64,000 bases of DNA from Asterias rubens (lineage: Eukaryota), in assembly GCF_902459465.1 (NCBI RefSeq), contig NC_047064.1, positions 15,562,001 to 15,626,000 of the forward strand. The letters run 5' to 3'. A program made the position numbers and the translations under genes. How positions within the stretch are numbered: the first letter of the stretch is position 1; the number at the start of each line of letters is the position of its first letter. The notes under the pieces are model-generated. The model saw only the letters and a program-made list of their open reading frames with translations, made no database searches and was not told the origin of the DNA. Below, one piece after another: positions 36,801-50,900 of the stretch.

Positions 36801-39144
36801 GATCGGGATCGGAATAATCTGGTTCCCGCCTCGGAACTACGCCATGTACTCACTAGTTTAGGTACGATCTCGATATCACAGCCTGATTGGTTTTCCCAGC
36901 CAATTGCAACCAAAAAGTAAATTTCATTTTAAAACAGGGTCATTCAGTTTCTGTGTTGAAAGGGACTGCTCCGGTTCATTGGCATGCAACAGTCAAAAGG
37001 AGTAAATCAATATCACCAGTTCAGCATTCACTGGTCAAATAAGATCATTTAGTTTCTTAAAAAGCCACCAGCAAGACCTGGTGGCATCCATTCAATTTTA
37101 TCATGAGTGTAAAACATACAAAACATTCTTTTTGAGAATGGGCAAAGGGTAGCCTTGGATGGCTTTAAAGGCAGTGGACACTATTGGTAATTACTCAAAA
37201 TAATTATTAGCATAAAACCATACTGGTAATGAGTAATGGGGAGTGGTTGGTAGTATAAAACATTTTGAGAAACAGCTCCCTCTGAAGTGGAGTAGTTGTC
37301 GAGGAAGAAGTAATTTCCCAAGAACTTGATATCGAGACCTCAAGTTTAGCATTTGAGGTCTCTAAATCAAGCATCTGAAAGCACACAACTTGTGACAAGG
37401 GTGTTTTTTCTTTCATTATTATCTCGCAACTTCGATGACTAATTGGGCTCAAATTTTAACAGGTTTGTTATTTCATGCATTTTATGTTGAGGTAAACCAA
37501 GTGAGAAGACTGGTCTTTGACTATCACCATCGGTGTCCAGTGTCTTTAAATTAAACAGATCGACTGAAAGGAATTTGAATGAGAAAAACGAGTTAATGTG
37601 TGCATGACAACAATAATATTGGAAAATGAAACTCTAGATTGAGATGGGTTGAGTGGATTAGGGGGAAATGCGTAAATTTGAATATGGGATTGTGTGTGTT
37701 TATGAAATTGAATGTGACGGGGAAGCCATTTAAAAGACAATGCTTTTATATTTCTGATTTATTCAATTGATTAACATTGTTGTTATTTCAATTAAGTCAA
37801 TGTTTCTTGCTTGAATTCCATTCATATACGACTTTCGCACGGATTTATTTAAGAATTTGAAAAAAACTTGTTGACAATAATTATTATTAATTAAAACTTT
37901 GAGTACTATTTTCTTGCAGGAGAACAAATGACAGAGGAAGAGGTTGACAAATTACTGAAGTCTTTTACAGACGCAAAAGGAATGGTGAATTATCCAGGTA
38001 TGTCCTATGTCTAAGCTTTAATTGTTTCTCCCTTACACTTTCGTTGAGAACACCGGCTGGTCATTATAATATGCAATAATTCAATTCTGAAAAAGCACGT
38101 CCAAAAAGTTAAATGAACCTTTAATTGCATATTTAATTACCCTGCCGCCACCATCAAGGTTGCACGAAACAATTTCCATTTAACGAATGGATTTGCATTA
38201 AATTATAGGCTTATGGCGTCAGTTAATGTGCAACAAGTCATCATTTTTGTATTGTATTGTGCCGTTGTTTTAAAGTCTGTCTATGAAATTAACCTACTGG
38301 GACTACAACGCTGCTAGTGGTAGAAATTTAAAGGGAAGGTACACATTTCATAATTGTCAAAGACCAGTTATCTCACTTGGTGTATCCCATCATAACCATA
38401 AAATAACAAGTCTGTGAAAATACATTGGGCTCAATCGGTCATTAAAGTTGCGAGAAAATTATGAAAGAAAAAACACCCTTGTTGGACGAATTTGTGTGCT
38501 TTCAGATAAGAATAAAATACTTCTAGTTTATTATTTTAGTGAGAAGTTACCTCTTTCTCAAAAACTACGTTACTTCAGAGGGAGTCGTTTTCCACAATGT
38601 TTTATACTATCAACAGCTCTCCAATGCTCATTACCAAGTCAGTTTTAAGTTAATGTTGTTTTGAGTAATTACCACACGTGCACCTTCCCTTTAAGGTATT
38701 ATTGTGAACACCATAAACCAAATGCATGCATTCCTATATATATTTATATATATGCCTTCAACCCTTTCAAGTTGATGCCTAATTTTATGCATTGTATTGA
38801 CAGAAATGTTTGAACAATTAATTTCCCATGTCAAGTTAACAGTGTTACGTAATAAACCCTTTGCAAGAAAATTTCGTAACTGATATGCCTTTACACGCTG
38901 CTCTGTGTGTCTAATGTGCCAGTTTAGTTGAACGATTTAACAATAATTATTCCTAAAAACCACATGAAATATTAACGAGGAATATAGTTGAATAGGTATT
39001 AAGCAAATAATACGGTATGATATTTCTATCTAACAAAAAAATGATACAATATTCTGCTTCAATGAACTCAGCAAGAGTAACAAAAAGTAATGATTGAAAT
39101 AACTTTTTCCCACAGAGTTCGTCAAACGAATAATGTCCGGTTAG
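33804..39144 (+). CDS. MYL6: Myosin essential (alkali) light chain, MYL6-like, 146 aa
   Basis: Exons 33804-33806 (ATG only), 33907-33931, 35344-35481, 36694-36861, 37920-37997, 39116-39144 (441 nt, in frame): MSYSKTQLNDFQTKFALYDKRGDGNIGPDELGDALRACGLNPSAAEV...SELRHVLTSLGEQMTEEEVDKLL...GMVNYPEFVKRIMSG. Confidence 0.9.
34948..35311. mobile_element. K1 MITE copy
   Basis: TTAA|AGGCAGTGGAC ... gtgtccagtgtct|TTAA. Confidence 0.85.
37165..37549. mobile_element. K1 MITE copy
   Basis: Both termini present, TTAA on each side. Confidence 0.85.
38329..38694. mobile_element. K1-related MITE (AGGGAAGGTACAC termini)
   Basis: TTAA|AGGGAAGGTACAC ... GTGCACCTTCCCT|TTAA; similar copy at 60307-60663. Confidence 0.85.
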
Positions 39145-39925
39145 ACAACCATCGACGACAGAGGGGGCCTCGGAAATTGAGACACAGTCCGACCCGGAGG
39201 GGTGCACCACAACAAATAAACTACCTTAGCAAAAAGGGCTTTAAAAAATATATTAAAGTCTCTCAGCCTTTTGAAAACAAAACGAATATGATTCCGTACA
39301 ACTACACTTCAGATTTCTTACAATTTTTAGCGGTCAGCCGTTTGGAATGTTTTGCTAATTACACCAGAAAAACACATAGAAATAATGTGCTTTCTCCCAA
39401 AATGACTTGAAGTCAGTTTTCGTGAAGCACTTATCCACTTTTAAAGAATAAATTTATCGAAGTGTCCTCAAAAGTTGAAGCACAGAGCCCCAGTTTGTGA
39501 TAAGTTGTTACCATTACACAATTATGCACGACCTAAAACGTTATTATTTAAAAGAATTTGAGTGTCTAAAATCATTTGCGATAACAAGTTTGGCGCATGA
39601 ATTTGTGCCTATGTGGTGCATCCTGAGGCAGACCAATGCGTGACTGTGCCAGTGCAAGAACACCTCGTCACCAACGTTCCCCATTCTGATTGATACCAAG
39701 TAGGCCCCTCGCTTCGTGCACCAGCATGTCTTCCAGAGCCACTTATATAGCAATATTTTTATAATTTAAATAGTTTTAACGAAGCATAACTTTTCAGATT
39801 CATAATTTGGTAAACAAATGTAGATAATGTATCTCTATAGAAAAAAACACCCATAAAGACTAAGATGTAATTAAACGAAAGCGATACCAACATGCCGACT
39901 AAAATACAATGATGAAGTTTCATTG

Positions 39926-40312
39926 AACTATTGTGATTGTAATAGGTTTTTTGGAACTTATATAAAAGGTATAGAGTTAAGGTTTGTGACAAATATTGAG
40001 CACTTTGACGTAATTATTTGAACGACTTAGAATCCCAACATAAAATATTAATAATAAAATAACATCTGACTAATTAAAATACAATTTTGAATATAGTCGT
40101 TTGTGCCGTTTAAATATAATTCTATTATAAAGTTGTACGGGCAACTTCATATGATTTAGTTATAAAGAACTATTGTGATTGTACAGTTTTTTTTTAAACT
40201 TATATGAAAGGTATAGAGTAAAGGTATGTGACAAATATTCAGCAGTTTGACGTATTTTAACGACTTTAGAACCCCAACATAAAATAATAATAATAATAAA
40301 ATAACATCTGAA
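39926..40312. repeat. Direct duplication of about 145 bp (39926-40070 and 40167-40312)
   Basis: gaactattgtgattgta...aaggtatagagt...gtgacaaatatt...cccaacataaaata...aataacatctga occurs twice. Confidence 0.75.
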
Positions 40313-41930
40313 ACAAAACTGTTGTTGCTGTTTGTTTGCTATTTGTTTGGTGAAGTTGCTAAGCATTATTGTGGAATTCAGCCCATGTTCGTTCAATCAA
40401 TCGAGTGACAAGGATTCCAGTACAGTGCGCCGATGGACTTTTTCGTGTATTCCAATATTGACAAAAAAATGTCATAAAGTGTTGGCGCTTTTCCAACGTC
40501 GGCTTCGGCGGTTCTAGTAATTCCTTCATCTGTGTTTTGATACTGATCAAAATTTATAATCTTCTTAAAGATTAATATAATCTAACCCTACATAAGTACA
40601 TCTGTCTTGAGCATTCATAGATTTCCTTAGAATTGCAGGTTTCGTTTTTTATGTGTTAACAAGAATCGACTTCCTCGATGTATGCGATTGGGTTGAAAAA
40701 GGTCGATACCATTGCACACCATTGGAGTCCCCCATGACACAACACGGTCCATTGACCCCTGTGATGTATATTCACTAGTCTGCCGTATGGCTGACTAACA
40801 CCATTGTATCATCATTCAAATTTACCCCAATATCCTCAAACGATTAATGTCCCCCAGCTCGTCAGACCTCAATCGATTCTGAAACCTCAACCAATCCTAT
40901 ATAGGAGGTCAATATTTAAAAAGTGACACCGGACTTTATCAGAACGGAATTCTGTTGACCCAAACTTCAAACAAGTTCATAATGGTAGAGCACAATTGAT
41001 ATTATTAATATAGACTGAAGGTTAAAAATTATCATTCTGTCAGATACCAAACAATGGCACCAGAGGTCTCGGGTCAGTGACAGACCAGAGGCAAAATGAT
41101 TTTCTTTCACTCAAACTTTCGAATAAAAAAAGGTCAGTGAGATGTTGAAGTGCCAACTTTGGCTGGCAGTGGATGCTAAAATGACCCTGTGAAGTTTCTT
41201 CAATAACTCCCTTACTCCAAAATAAACACTTTCGCAATATGAACGAGTGCTGTCCCTGAGAAATGTATTTAATTTATTCCAGAAAAACCTACATTTTAAA
41301 CAGTGTCACTAAAGCCGTTATGTTGCATTATGGATGAGTTTTAATCTATGACAAACTTGGCCACATGTTGCAAACTGAGTCTGGAAATCATCCCCTGTTT
41401 CATCAATCTGGGTTTTAAACTCGTATGTTTCGAACGGGCATGACGGATGTAGTTTGTTGTACAGCCAAAGGCACATCCACTCAAACGCCTATTTTTTCCT
41501 GTAGCAAATAAAATTCCTTTTCATGGTTGTCATTGAAATTTACATATCAATAAAGAGGACGAGAGCTCCCTGTACCAGATGTTAAGGTGTGCACTGGTGT
41601 TACGCTGTACACAGTCGACACAAATCCCCGTAGCTTCCTATGTGTACGTGCTCTCTATAGTTTTATTTGTTATTGTTCAGATCTGGCAGTTGACAACAGT
41701 TAGTTCGAGAGGTTCTCGGTATTGTATTTTCCGCATGAGTAGTTCAGGTTTCATGTACTAATTCCCCGTGATCATGCCACATCATGCACACTACCAACGG
41801 TAGATACGTTCGTGGCGACGAGCAGCTTTTGGTTGGATTTGAACCGTCTGCATTTGTTGCGTTTATCATGATATAAAACGGCGCCCATCACAGCAGTCTA
41901 GTGGAAGGAAAACAAACCCACAAAGCACGA

Positions 41931-44900
41931 ATGGATGTGTTAAACGGTGTGGCGAGAAAGGTAGGTTTCCAAGTTTGTTAGATAGGGCTAGTGGTTAAAT
42001 CCGCCCCAGGCCAATTGGGTGACTATTCAACACTTCAATCGAAATAGGATACCAAAATTGTCACGATAAAACTACAGTTAACCTCAACAAGAGTTGATGA
42101 TTTATTGGGGCAAATGGGAAAGTTATCCCCTATACTTGAACAGCAGTGACTTTACTTCACATGAAGCGGTATCCCCCCCCCCTTTCTTCCTCTCATCAAT
42201 AGGTCAATTACTTACTGACTTTTCAACCAACAACAGTTGAGGCATCTGTTCTATCGCTGTTGCATATACCCTGGATTGGTCGTGGTATAGAGTGCTATCG
42301 AAAAGCACTGAGCAGGTTTAAAAATGTTTCCAACTGTATCCCCCTCAATGTCGGTCATATTATATCCCAATAACTGAACAGAAAGGCTAACATAATGTAT
42401 ATCCCTTTATAATGCACTGACACTGATAATTGTCAAAGACCAGTCTTCTCACTGTGTGTTTCTCAACATAATGCATAAAATAACAAACCTGTAAAATTTG
42501 AACTCAATAATTGGTCGTCTCGAAGTTGCCAGAGTATAATGGAAGAAACAAGTTGTGTGCTTTCAGATGCTTGAATTCGAGACCTCAGCTGAGGTCTCCG
42601 GAATCAATTATATGATCGAGCCGTTTCTCACAATGTTTTATAACTGTCAACAGCTCTTCATTGCTCGTTTGACCAAGTCAGTTTTTATTTTTTATTTTGA
42701 GTAAATACCAAAAATGACCAGCGTGGTAAAGACATAAACTCGGTGTTCAAGTTAGTGTTGTTCGATTATATTGGAGAGTGCATGTGATTTTTTTTTTTTC
42801 GACACAAGCAAAAATTGAGACAGCTGTTTTTCAAGCGAGTCCAACTGAAGCAAAAATTGTACAATGGGCCTATTGATAGATTTATAGAAAATATTCAAAT
42901 TAAACAAAATTTTATCACAGAATAGTATTTTGTTACCCAATCTATTGTGTGCTCGTGAGCTGCTTTTCTTTTAGGCCTTTGTGTGTGAATGTATGTATGT
43001 TGGGTCATAATCATTGGCACATCGGGCTTCAGTTGACACTTTTAAAATCTTTCACAAACTTTCACAAAGTTTTCACAATGAAAATAATTGACACGAACCA
43101 CACGTCCGCAAGTTGGCTAATGTCGCCTTTACTTTTTTTCTGTGAAAAAATTGGCCTACCATGTACCAAAGTGACACCGTCAGGGTTACGATCCTGTTCC
43201 AGTTACCACTAGGCCCTAGTGATTGATAATAAGAATAATTTGACACCACTTTCCACACACCCACATTTTGGGGTGTGTGGACTCAGTAAGTGGTGTCAAA
43301 TTTGTTTTTATTTAATCACTCCATGGTTATACTATTACAAGTAACCCCATGACAAAACTGAAAACTGCAAACTTATCCTATGGTTTACAAAAATTGGATA
43401 AACCTAATCTTTTAAATAACGCTTACATACTTATGCCGCGGCGACCGTATGGCTGCGAATGGATTTTATTATAGGCATTACTGATATATAGGCCACGTAT
43501 GCAAGTACACACTATTACTCCTTATGGACAAGTTTTAAACGATGTTTTGTCTACACCAACCTTTTCCTGATTTATCATAAACAATCTGTTAAAGACACTA
43601 ATGGTAATTGTCAAAGACCAGTCTTCTTACTTTTACTTGGCGTATCTCAACATAATAATATGCACAAAATAACAAACCTGTGAAATGACCTCATGTGGTC
43701 GTCGAAGTTGCGAGATAATAATGAAATCAAAACCCCACACCCTTATCAAACGAAGTTGTGTGCTTTCAGATGCTTGATTTCGGACCTCAAAATCTAATTC
43801 CGAGGTCTCGAAATCAAATTCGTGTAAAATTAATTCTTTCTCGAAAACTGCGTTACTTCAGAGGGAGCCGTTTCTCACAATGTTTGATTTACTATCAACC
43901 TCTCCCAATTATACGTTATCATAAGGTTTATGCCAATAAATATGAGTGATTACCAATAGTGTCCACATGCCTTTAATTTTGGTGGGTTGTATATAATGCA
44001 ATATCCGATTTGACAACTATATTAAGGATCAGCATGGCTATTATGTTTTCAAATACAACTCAATATCTATTAATGGCCAAAGATCATGGGACTATGGCAT
44101 TGCTGATTGTATTAAAAACATGAAACCTACAAGCAATGTGCCTGGAGCCTGGTTTTGAGTATTATTGCTGACGGAAAATTACAATGCGGGCGGGTTTTTA
44201 GAGAATTAATAAAAATAGACAATTCAGGACGTTTATCTGTTTCCTCAATAAACCTGAAAATAACATTGTCTGTTATTCTGTCACAACACTGACTCAACGT
44301 TATCAAACGTTGTTAGCCAAAATAACAAACGGCCATGAATCTAAAGCACTTTTAACAATTATGCCGCATGGCACTTCCTTGAAGACCCCGATATTAATTG
44401 ACAAGAAAGTTCAAACTACGGGCTGACATCGAGAAGGCCTCTAGCTCAAGAGTGTCATGTCAGTCTTGCTCTCATGAACTTAGACATCAGACATGAATTC
44501 TAGGACGTGATAATAGTTCTGTGAGTCACTTCCTTGTGCTCTCTCAAAAGTTTCTTCAACCCGAACTTGATAGTCTTAGCATATCTTCTATCACTCCACT
44601 AATTTATTGTTTCAAGCAGGAGCAGGTAATGGCGGCAAAGAACGATTTTGAGGTAAACGCGAACTCGCCTGCAATGGCGGAGGAGACGGCAGAAGATCCC
44701 GCTCGTATGGCGTGCCAGGGGTCGGAACTAGAACGCTGCGAACCTGGAGTAAAGCTATCGTACCCCGATAGCAATCTTCGGTGTGGTTGGGGTTCATGGC
44801 AACCAAAATGTCTACAGAGATTCAACACTGCTCCGTGGCTGTTGTTCTGCATATGTTTCTTTGCAATCATCCAAGGCATGGCTGTAAATGGACTCATAAA

Positions 44901-47900
44901 TTCTTCCGTGAGTAGCTTAGAAAGACGTTTCGAACTGTCAAGCTCTCATCTAGGACTACTACCATCATTTTTCGATCTCATTGCCGCCATCTTGTTGGTC
45001 ATGGTGGGTTACTGCGGAGCACGAGGTAATCGACCGCTATGGCTTGCTCTCGGTTTGATCAGTCTTGCGGCAGGGTCTTTCGTCTTTGCCTTGCCACACT
45101 TCACAACTGATCTTTACCAGTTCACAGTCAGCAATCAGAGCGGTGTCTGCTCACATAAGACTGATGAAAACCCGGCTGAGGTACCAGTGGAATGCCTCCC
45201 GGACACCGAAACCAGCATCACGAGTTTATCGCGGTACTGGTATGTTTTTATTTTGGCGAATCTTTTCTTTGGGATAGCCTCGGCGCCGGTGTACTCACTT
45301 GGACCAGCCTTCATTGACGAAAGCGTTAAAATGGAGTCAGTTGGACTTTATATAGGTAAGAAAAAACTTTGCTTTAAAATAGTTATAGGTAAGAAAAAAC
45401 TTTGCTAAAAATTGTTGTTAATATTTAGAAAGTTGTTGTTGTGATGTTAATATTATAACACTATTTTTTCTATCACTGTCGTCATCCGCATCGTTTTTAA
45501 AGTTGTTGTCATTTTGTTTGATTGTTCTATCGATGAAAACAAAATTTCTTTCGAGATTTTTTTCGAGATTCTAAAACAAAATAAAAATCGGGAAGCACTT
45601 GAGTCGAAACACCCACCCCCCCCCCCCCAAAGAAAAAAGTCAATCAACCAATCAATCAACCGTATCAAAGAAATTGAAGACCCCAAAATAACACGTAATT
45701 GGATTGCAAGCATGTACGGAAGTGAATACAAAGTAACAAATCCGATCGATAAAATGAAAACCTTTTTTTTCCTGCTGTTTCCTAAGTTTGATTTGAACAG
45801 GTTGGTTTGAAATAGAATCCGAACAAACAAAGTGTTCTAATTCCAGACACTTTCAATTCGATGTTAACATTCAGGATTTTGAATCGCCAAGAAAAAGTTA
45901 ACATTTGAACTTCGGCATTGTGGTGAAAAAAATACAATATAAAACACAAAATTGACTTTAAATAAATTGAGTTATTCAAACATAACGAATTGTAATTCTT
46001 CTTTTGTCTTTGTTGTGTTGCTGAAAAGGTATCTATGCGTTTTGCTGTGCTTTGGGTCCAGCCATAGGATTTACCCTAGCGGGTCTCATACTTGATAAGT
46101 TATTCACAGACTTCATCGAAATAGATCAGGCAAGGTAAGGTTTACAAAATAATTCATCGACTTGGAGGGTAGTATTTTATTTATCTTATAGACAACTTTT
46201 GTACAATTTAGACAAACTTTATCATTCTATACCAATTCTGGGCGCCCTATGATTTTTCAAAAAATATGAAATATTCTGGCGAAAGTTGTATTTTACCATT
46301 GGCTTATGATAAAATAAAATGAGGACATAAAGCATACAGAACAAATCAATTGCAGCAGGTATGTACAGAGTAACTTTCCAGACATTTTGTGAAGGTGTCT
46401 GGTGAAATAAGCTTCACAGTTCAGAACAATATATTTTACAAATTTCACTTGAGTAATTATTGAAGATGAATCATTTTATATCAGAATGGTCAACTAATTA
46501 TCTCATCGTGACGAGGTGGTAAAATAAAAACATCAAAATGATCAAACTATCTAATGGATGAATATCACATTGCTTATCTGCATGGTTCATTTTCATATTT
46601 GGATGGCAGTGTTTTATACTGGCCCCTGCAGAATGTATTGGTCATGTTGAATGAGTCATGTATATACCTTAGCATATTCTTCGCACAGTGGTCATGCATT
46701 AACGAAACTAACAAGTGTTTTACATCAAGCTAGCAGACTTTAGACTGCTATTTATAAAGGAACAATCTCGTTATGTGCAAAAACAAACATGAGTGATCAT
46801 TTTGTTGCTCATTCTTTTGTGTTGCTCATAATTACCTTGGTTTAATTACACTGTTCTAAATTGAAAAGATTAGCAAAGCATGATGAAGTATAGTTAACTG
46901 TGCATAGTCAAGTTTCCATTATTAAATGGAATGCTTGGTATTTATTACAGTTGTAAATTGTTGTGTATTATGTCTATATGATGCCCAATTTATACAATAG
47001 TGTCCATTATACGGAATGTAGTGCAGCATAGGCCTAGTATTGGAGTAATAATAATAATTATTGGAATAATAGTGCTTTTTTAAATATCATACACTTTTTA
47101 TCTAAAGCTAAAGTTAATTCTGCAGATAATTATGCAGTTATGCACTTATCGGATGAAAGAACTACATCCACTGCATAATGACATCAAAACTGACATATTT
47201 TGTTGCTCAGTAAGTAATAAAATGAAAGTGCTTTTATAGAGTAATATTTTATTTTGATTCAGCAGTATTCATTCTTGGATGACAGTTACAGTAATATCTT
47301 GCTTATTTCATCCTTCTGCAGTCTGCCCATAGATTCTTCAAACAGAGAGTGGGTTGGGGCATGGTGGCTAGGCTTTCTTCTCTGCTCAATACTTGCTCTT
47401 ATTATAGCTGTACCGATGAGTTGTTTCCCCGTAGAACTCCCGGGTAAGTTATTTAAATCTAAGTTAAAAACCTATTTGCTTACTTAACCCATTTAAAGGC
47501 AGTTGACACTATTGGTAATTGCTCAAAATAATTATCAGCATAAAACCTCACTTGGTAACGAGTAATGGGGAGAGGTTGATAGTATAAAACATTGTGAAAA
47601 ACGGCTCCCTATGAAGTGACGTAGTTTACGAGAAATAAGTAATTTTCCACGAATTTGATTTCGAGACCTCAAGTTTAAAACTTGAGGTCTCGAAATCAAG
47701 CATCTGAAAACACACAACCTTGTGTGACAACAGTGTTTTTTTCTTTCATAGTTATCTCGCAACTCCTACGACCAATTGAGCTCAAATTTTCACAGGTTTG
47801 TTATTTTATGCATATATTGAGATACACCAAGTGAGGACACTGGTCTTTGACAATCACATAGTGTCCGGTGTCTTTAATTCTTTGTTGTGTATTTGTTTTT

Positions 47901-50900
47901 TTAATTTTTTCTCTGCATTTTTTGTATTCCTTGTAATGCACAGTAGAGTATATTTATATAGGTAACTGCGCAATATAAGTTTCCGTTTTATTATTATTAT
48001 TAAGTCTTCCGAATAATAATGGGGGGAAGTTCATGAGTTGATCAAACCTTTGGTTATTGATTCAAGTCTGTCATTGAAAACTGTGTTGATTATTTCCTGA
48101 GCTGTCACATGAAACATGAATTTGAAACATGAGTTTGGTCCAGGATTGGCATCGGGCCAAGGACATTTTTGAGGAAGAGAAGCTGGCCAACAAAAGCCGG
48201 AAGAAAAAACAACCCAGGTTGGGTAGAAAAGAGATTATGGCAAACTGGGCAAGCACAGCCATATTTATACGCTTTATGTGAAGTAATAGATGATAGCTAT
48301 GCATTGGGATAAAGAATATAAATTGTTTTTTTCCCCCTTACAGCAGTGTGTTTGAAGCACTGTATACTCAGTACTTTCCCAATTTCTGTGAAAACAAGCC
48401 ACGGGCAAATCACTAGGTTGGATTTTGCTTTGCTAACACCGATTCCAACTGCCTCTAGCCACCGGGCTAGCTCGTAGTGGTCTAGTGTTAGACATCTGCT
48501 CTAGCAGTGCAAAGGTGGGTTCACATCCCACCTAAAAGAGATATGCCTGTGGATTCTTTTCATAGAACTTGGGAAAGTGCTTTAACAATGACGGTGTAAA
48601 ACAAATTATGTTTATGTGAAATAGGTTTACAATTCCTATCAAAGTCTAATTTGAATCTAGTGTTCATAAGTTATATTTTGTTCTGGAAACATTAACAAAC
48701 AGCTTCATTTAAATTGTTTGGTTGCTAATTTTTCATTTTGTTTTTTATTCACAGAAACTAAAAAATTGCGAGCAGACCGCGTGTCCCAAGCACACGCTAA
48801 ATCTGGTGCTGAAATCGTCAGCAAGGCAGACTTTGGCCTGACGTGGCGCGACATGCCCACAGCCACCAAACTTTTACTCAGGAACCCTACATACATACTG
48901 CTAAATGTTGCCTTGACGGCAGACTTCATCTTCCTGTCTGGCTCGGAGGCCTTTTTACCCAAGTTTCTTGAGAGTCAATTTGGAGTCAGTTCCGGTGATG
49001 CAAGCCTTATAGTTGGTAAGTATCACTGAGAATGGATCAACCTGCCCAACCCCCTGCCTCCAATCAAGCTAAAACTGTAGTTTAAAGGCACTGGACACCT
49101 TTGGTAACACATGTAATGTCAAAGACCAGTATTCTCACTTAGTGTATCCCAACATATGCATAAAATAACAAATCTGTGAAAATGTTGACTTATTGTTCAT
49201 CGAAGTTGCAAGAGAATAATGAAAGAAAGAAGAACACCCTTGTTGCACAAATTTGTGTGCTTTCAGATGCCTAAACAAGGCTTCAGGCCTGAAGACTTAT
49301 GAGTGAGAAATTACCTCTTTCTAAAAACCTACATTTACTTCACAGGGGCCGATGTTTTATATGATCAACAACCCTTCATTGCTTGATATCAAAAAGGTTA
49401 TTATGCTTACAATTATTTTGAGTAATTATACAATAGTGTCAAGTGCCTTTAGGACTTTTGGCAGAGATACAATCATAGGAGCACCATGGGATAATCTTAT
49501 AAGACCTCAAAAAACACCTAATGCCTCTTTTCCAAAACCTCACCAACTACTCAATTATTATTTGTCAATCATTCACATACTAATAGCAAGGCCCAAATGG
49601 AGACAAGTTTTGTTTATGGATCTGGCTCACCATGAGTTAAGAAAGGAAATAAATAGTTAAATAAATGAATAAGTAAACCTCCCTAGATCACCACTCAAAC
49701 ACAACAGTTTTATACCTTTTTTAGCATTGAGTAGAAACAAGTATATAGACCGCCATATTATTAGTTAGACTTGGCCAATAAGATATTCCACATAAGGGAG
49801 CAAAAGTAACTCACAACCAAGTGGTCTTGTGCGGCACACTCAAGTTCTTAGAATAAAACCATCAGGGCATGGGTTCGAATCCAATCTGTCAAGACACTTC
49901 TGACTTGTATCCTTAAAACCACAATTGCTTCACGGCACTTAAAGGCAGTGGACACTGTTGGTAATTACTCAAAATAGTTATTAGCATAAAACCTTACTAG
50001 GTAACGAGTAATGGGGAGAGGTTGGTAGTAAAAGTCATTGTGAAAAACGGCTCCCTCTGAAGTGGAGTAGTTTTTGAGAAAGAAGTAATTTTCCTCGAAT
50101 TTGATTTTGAGACCTCAACTTTAGAATTTGAGGTCTCGAAATCAAGCATCTGACAGTACACAACTTCGTGTGACAAGGGTGTTTTTTCTTTCATAGTTAT
50201 CTCGCAACTCCGACGACCAATCAAGCTCAAAGTTTCACAGGTTTGTTATTTTATGCATATGTTGAGATAAGGCAAGTTAGAAGACTGGTCTTTGACAATT
50301 ACCAATAGTGTCCACTGGCTTTAAGGGGTATCTCGTGATCAAGCAGAGGTGGTTTTTGTGATTAATTTAGCTTGGTGTACTACATCTTGCTGATTTTGAA
50401 ATAAGTAGATTCTTAAAAAATATCTACACTTTCATCGAAAGAGTGATGTCACAAAAATAGTTTAAATTTTCTGAATGTCGAACAGGGAACTAATAACATA
50501 AGGACCATCACCTTACAATACTTTAGTTGTAGTTACTGTGTCAAACAGGGAACTATAACCTAGAGACCATTAACTTACAATACTTATACTTGTAGTTACT
50601 GAATATCAAACAGGGAACTAATAACCCAGAGAGCATCACCTCACAATATTTATACTTGCAGTAACTGAATGTCAAACAGAACTAAAAACCTAGAGTTCAT
50701 CACCTCACAATGCTTATATATTTGTAGTTTGAATGTCAAACAGGGAAATAATAACCTAAAGAGCATCACCTCACAATGGTTAAAGGCAGTGGACACTATT
50801 GGCATAAAACATTTCTTGGTGACGAGTAATGGGGAGAGGTTGATGGTATAAAAACATTGTGAGAAACAGCTCCCTCTGAAGTGCCATAGTTTTCGAGAAA

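Noticed and set aside
39550-41240. Degraded transposase or convergent gene between the light chain and SLCO
   Set aside because: Only short fragments (for example IERTWAEF) with no sustained frame or diagnostic motif.
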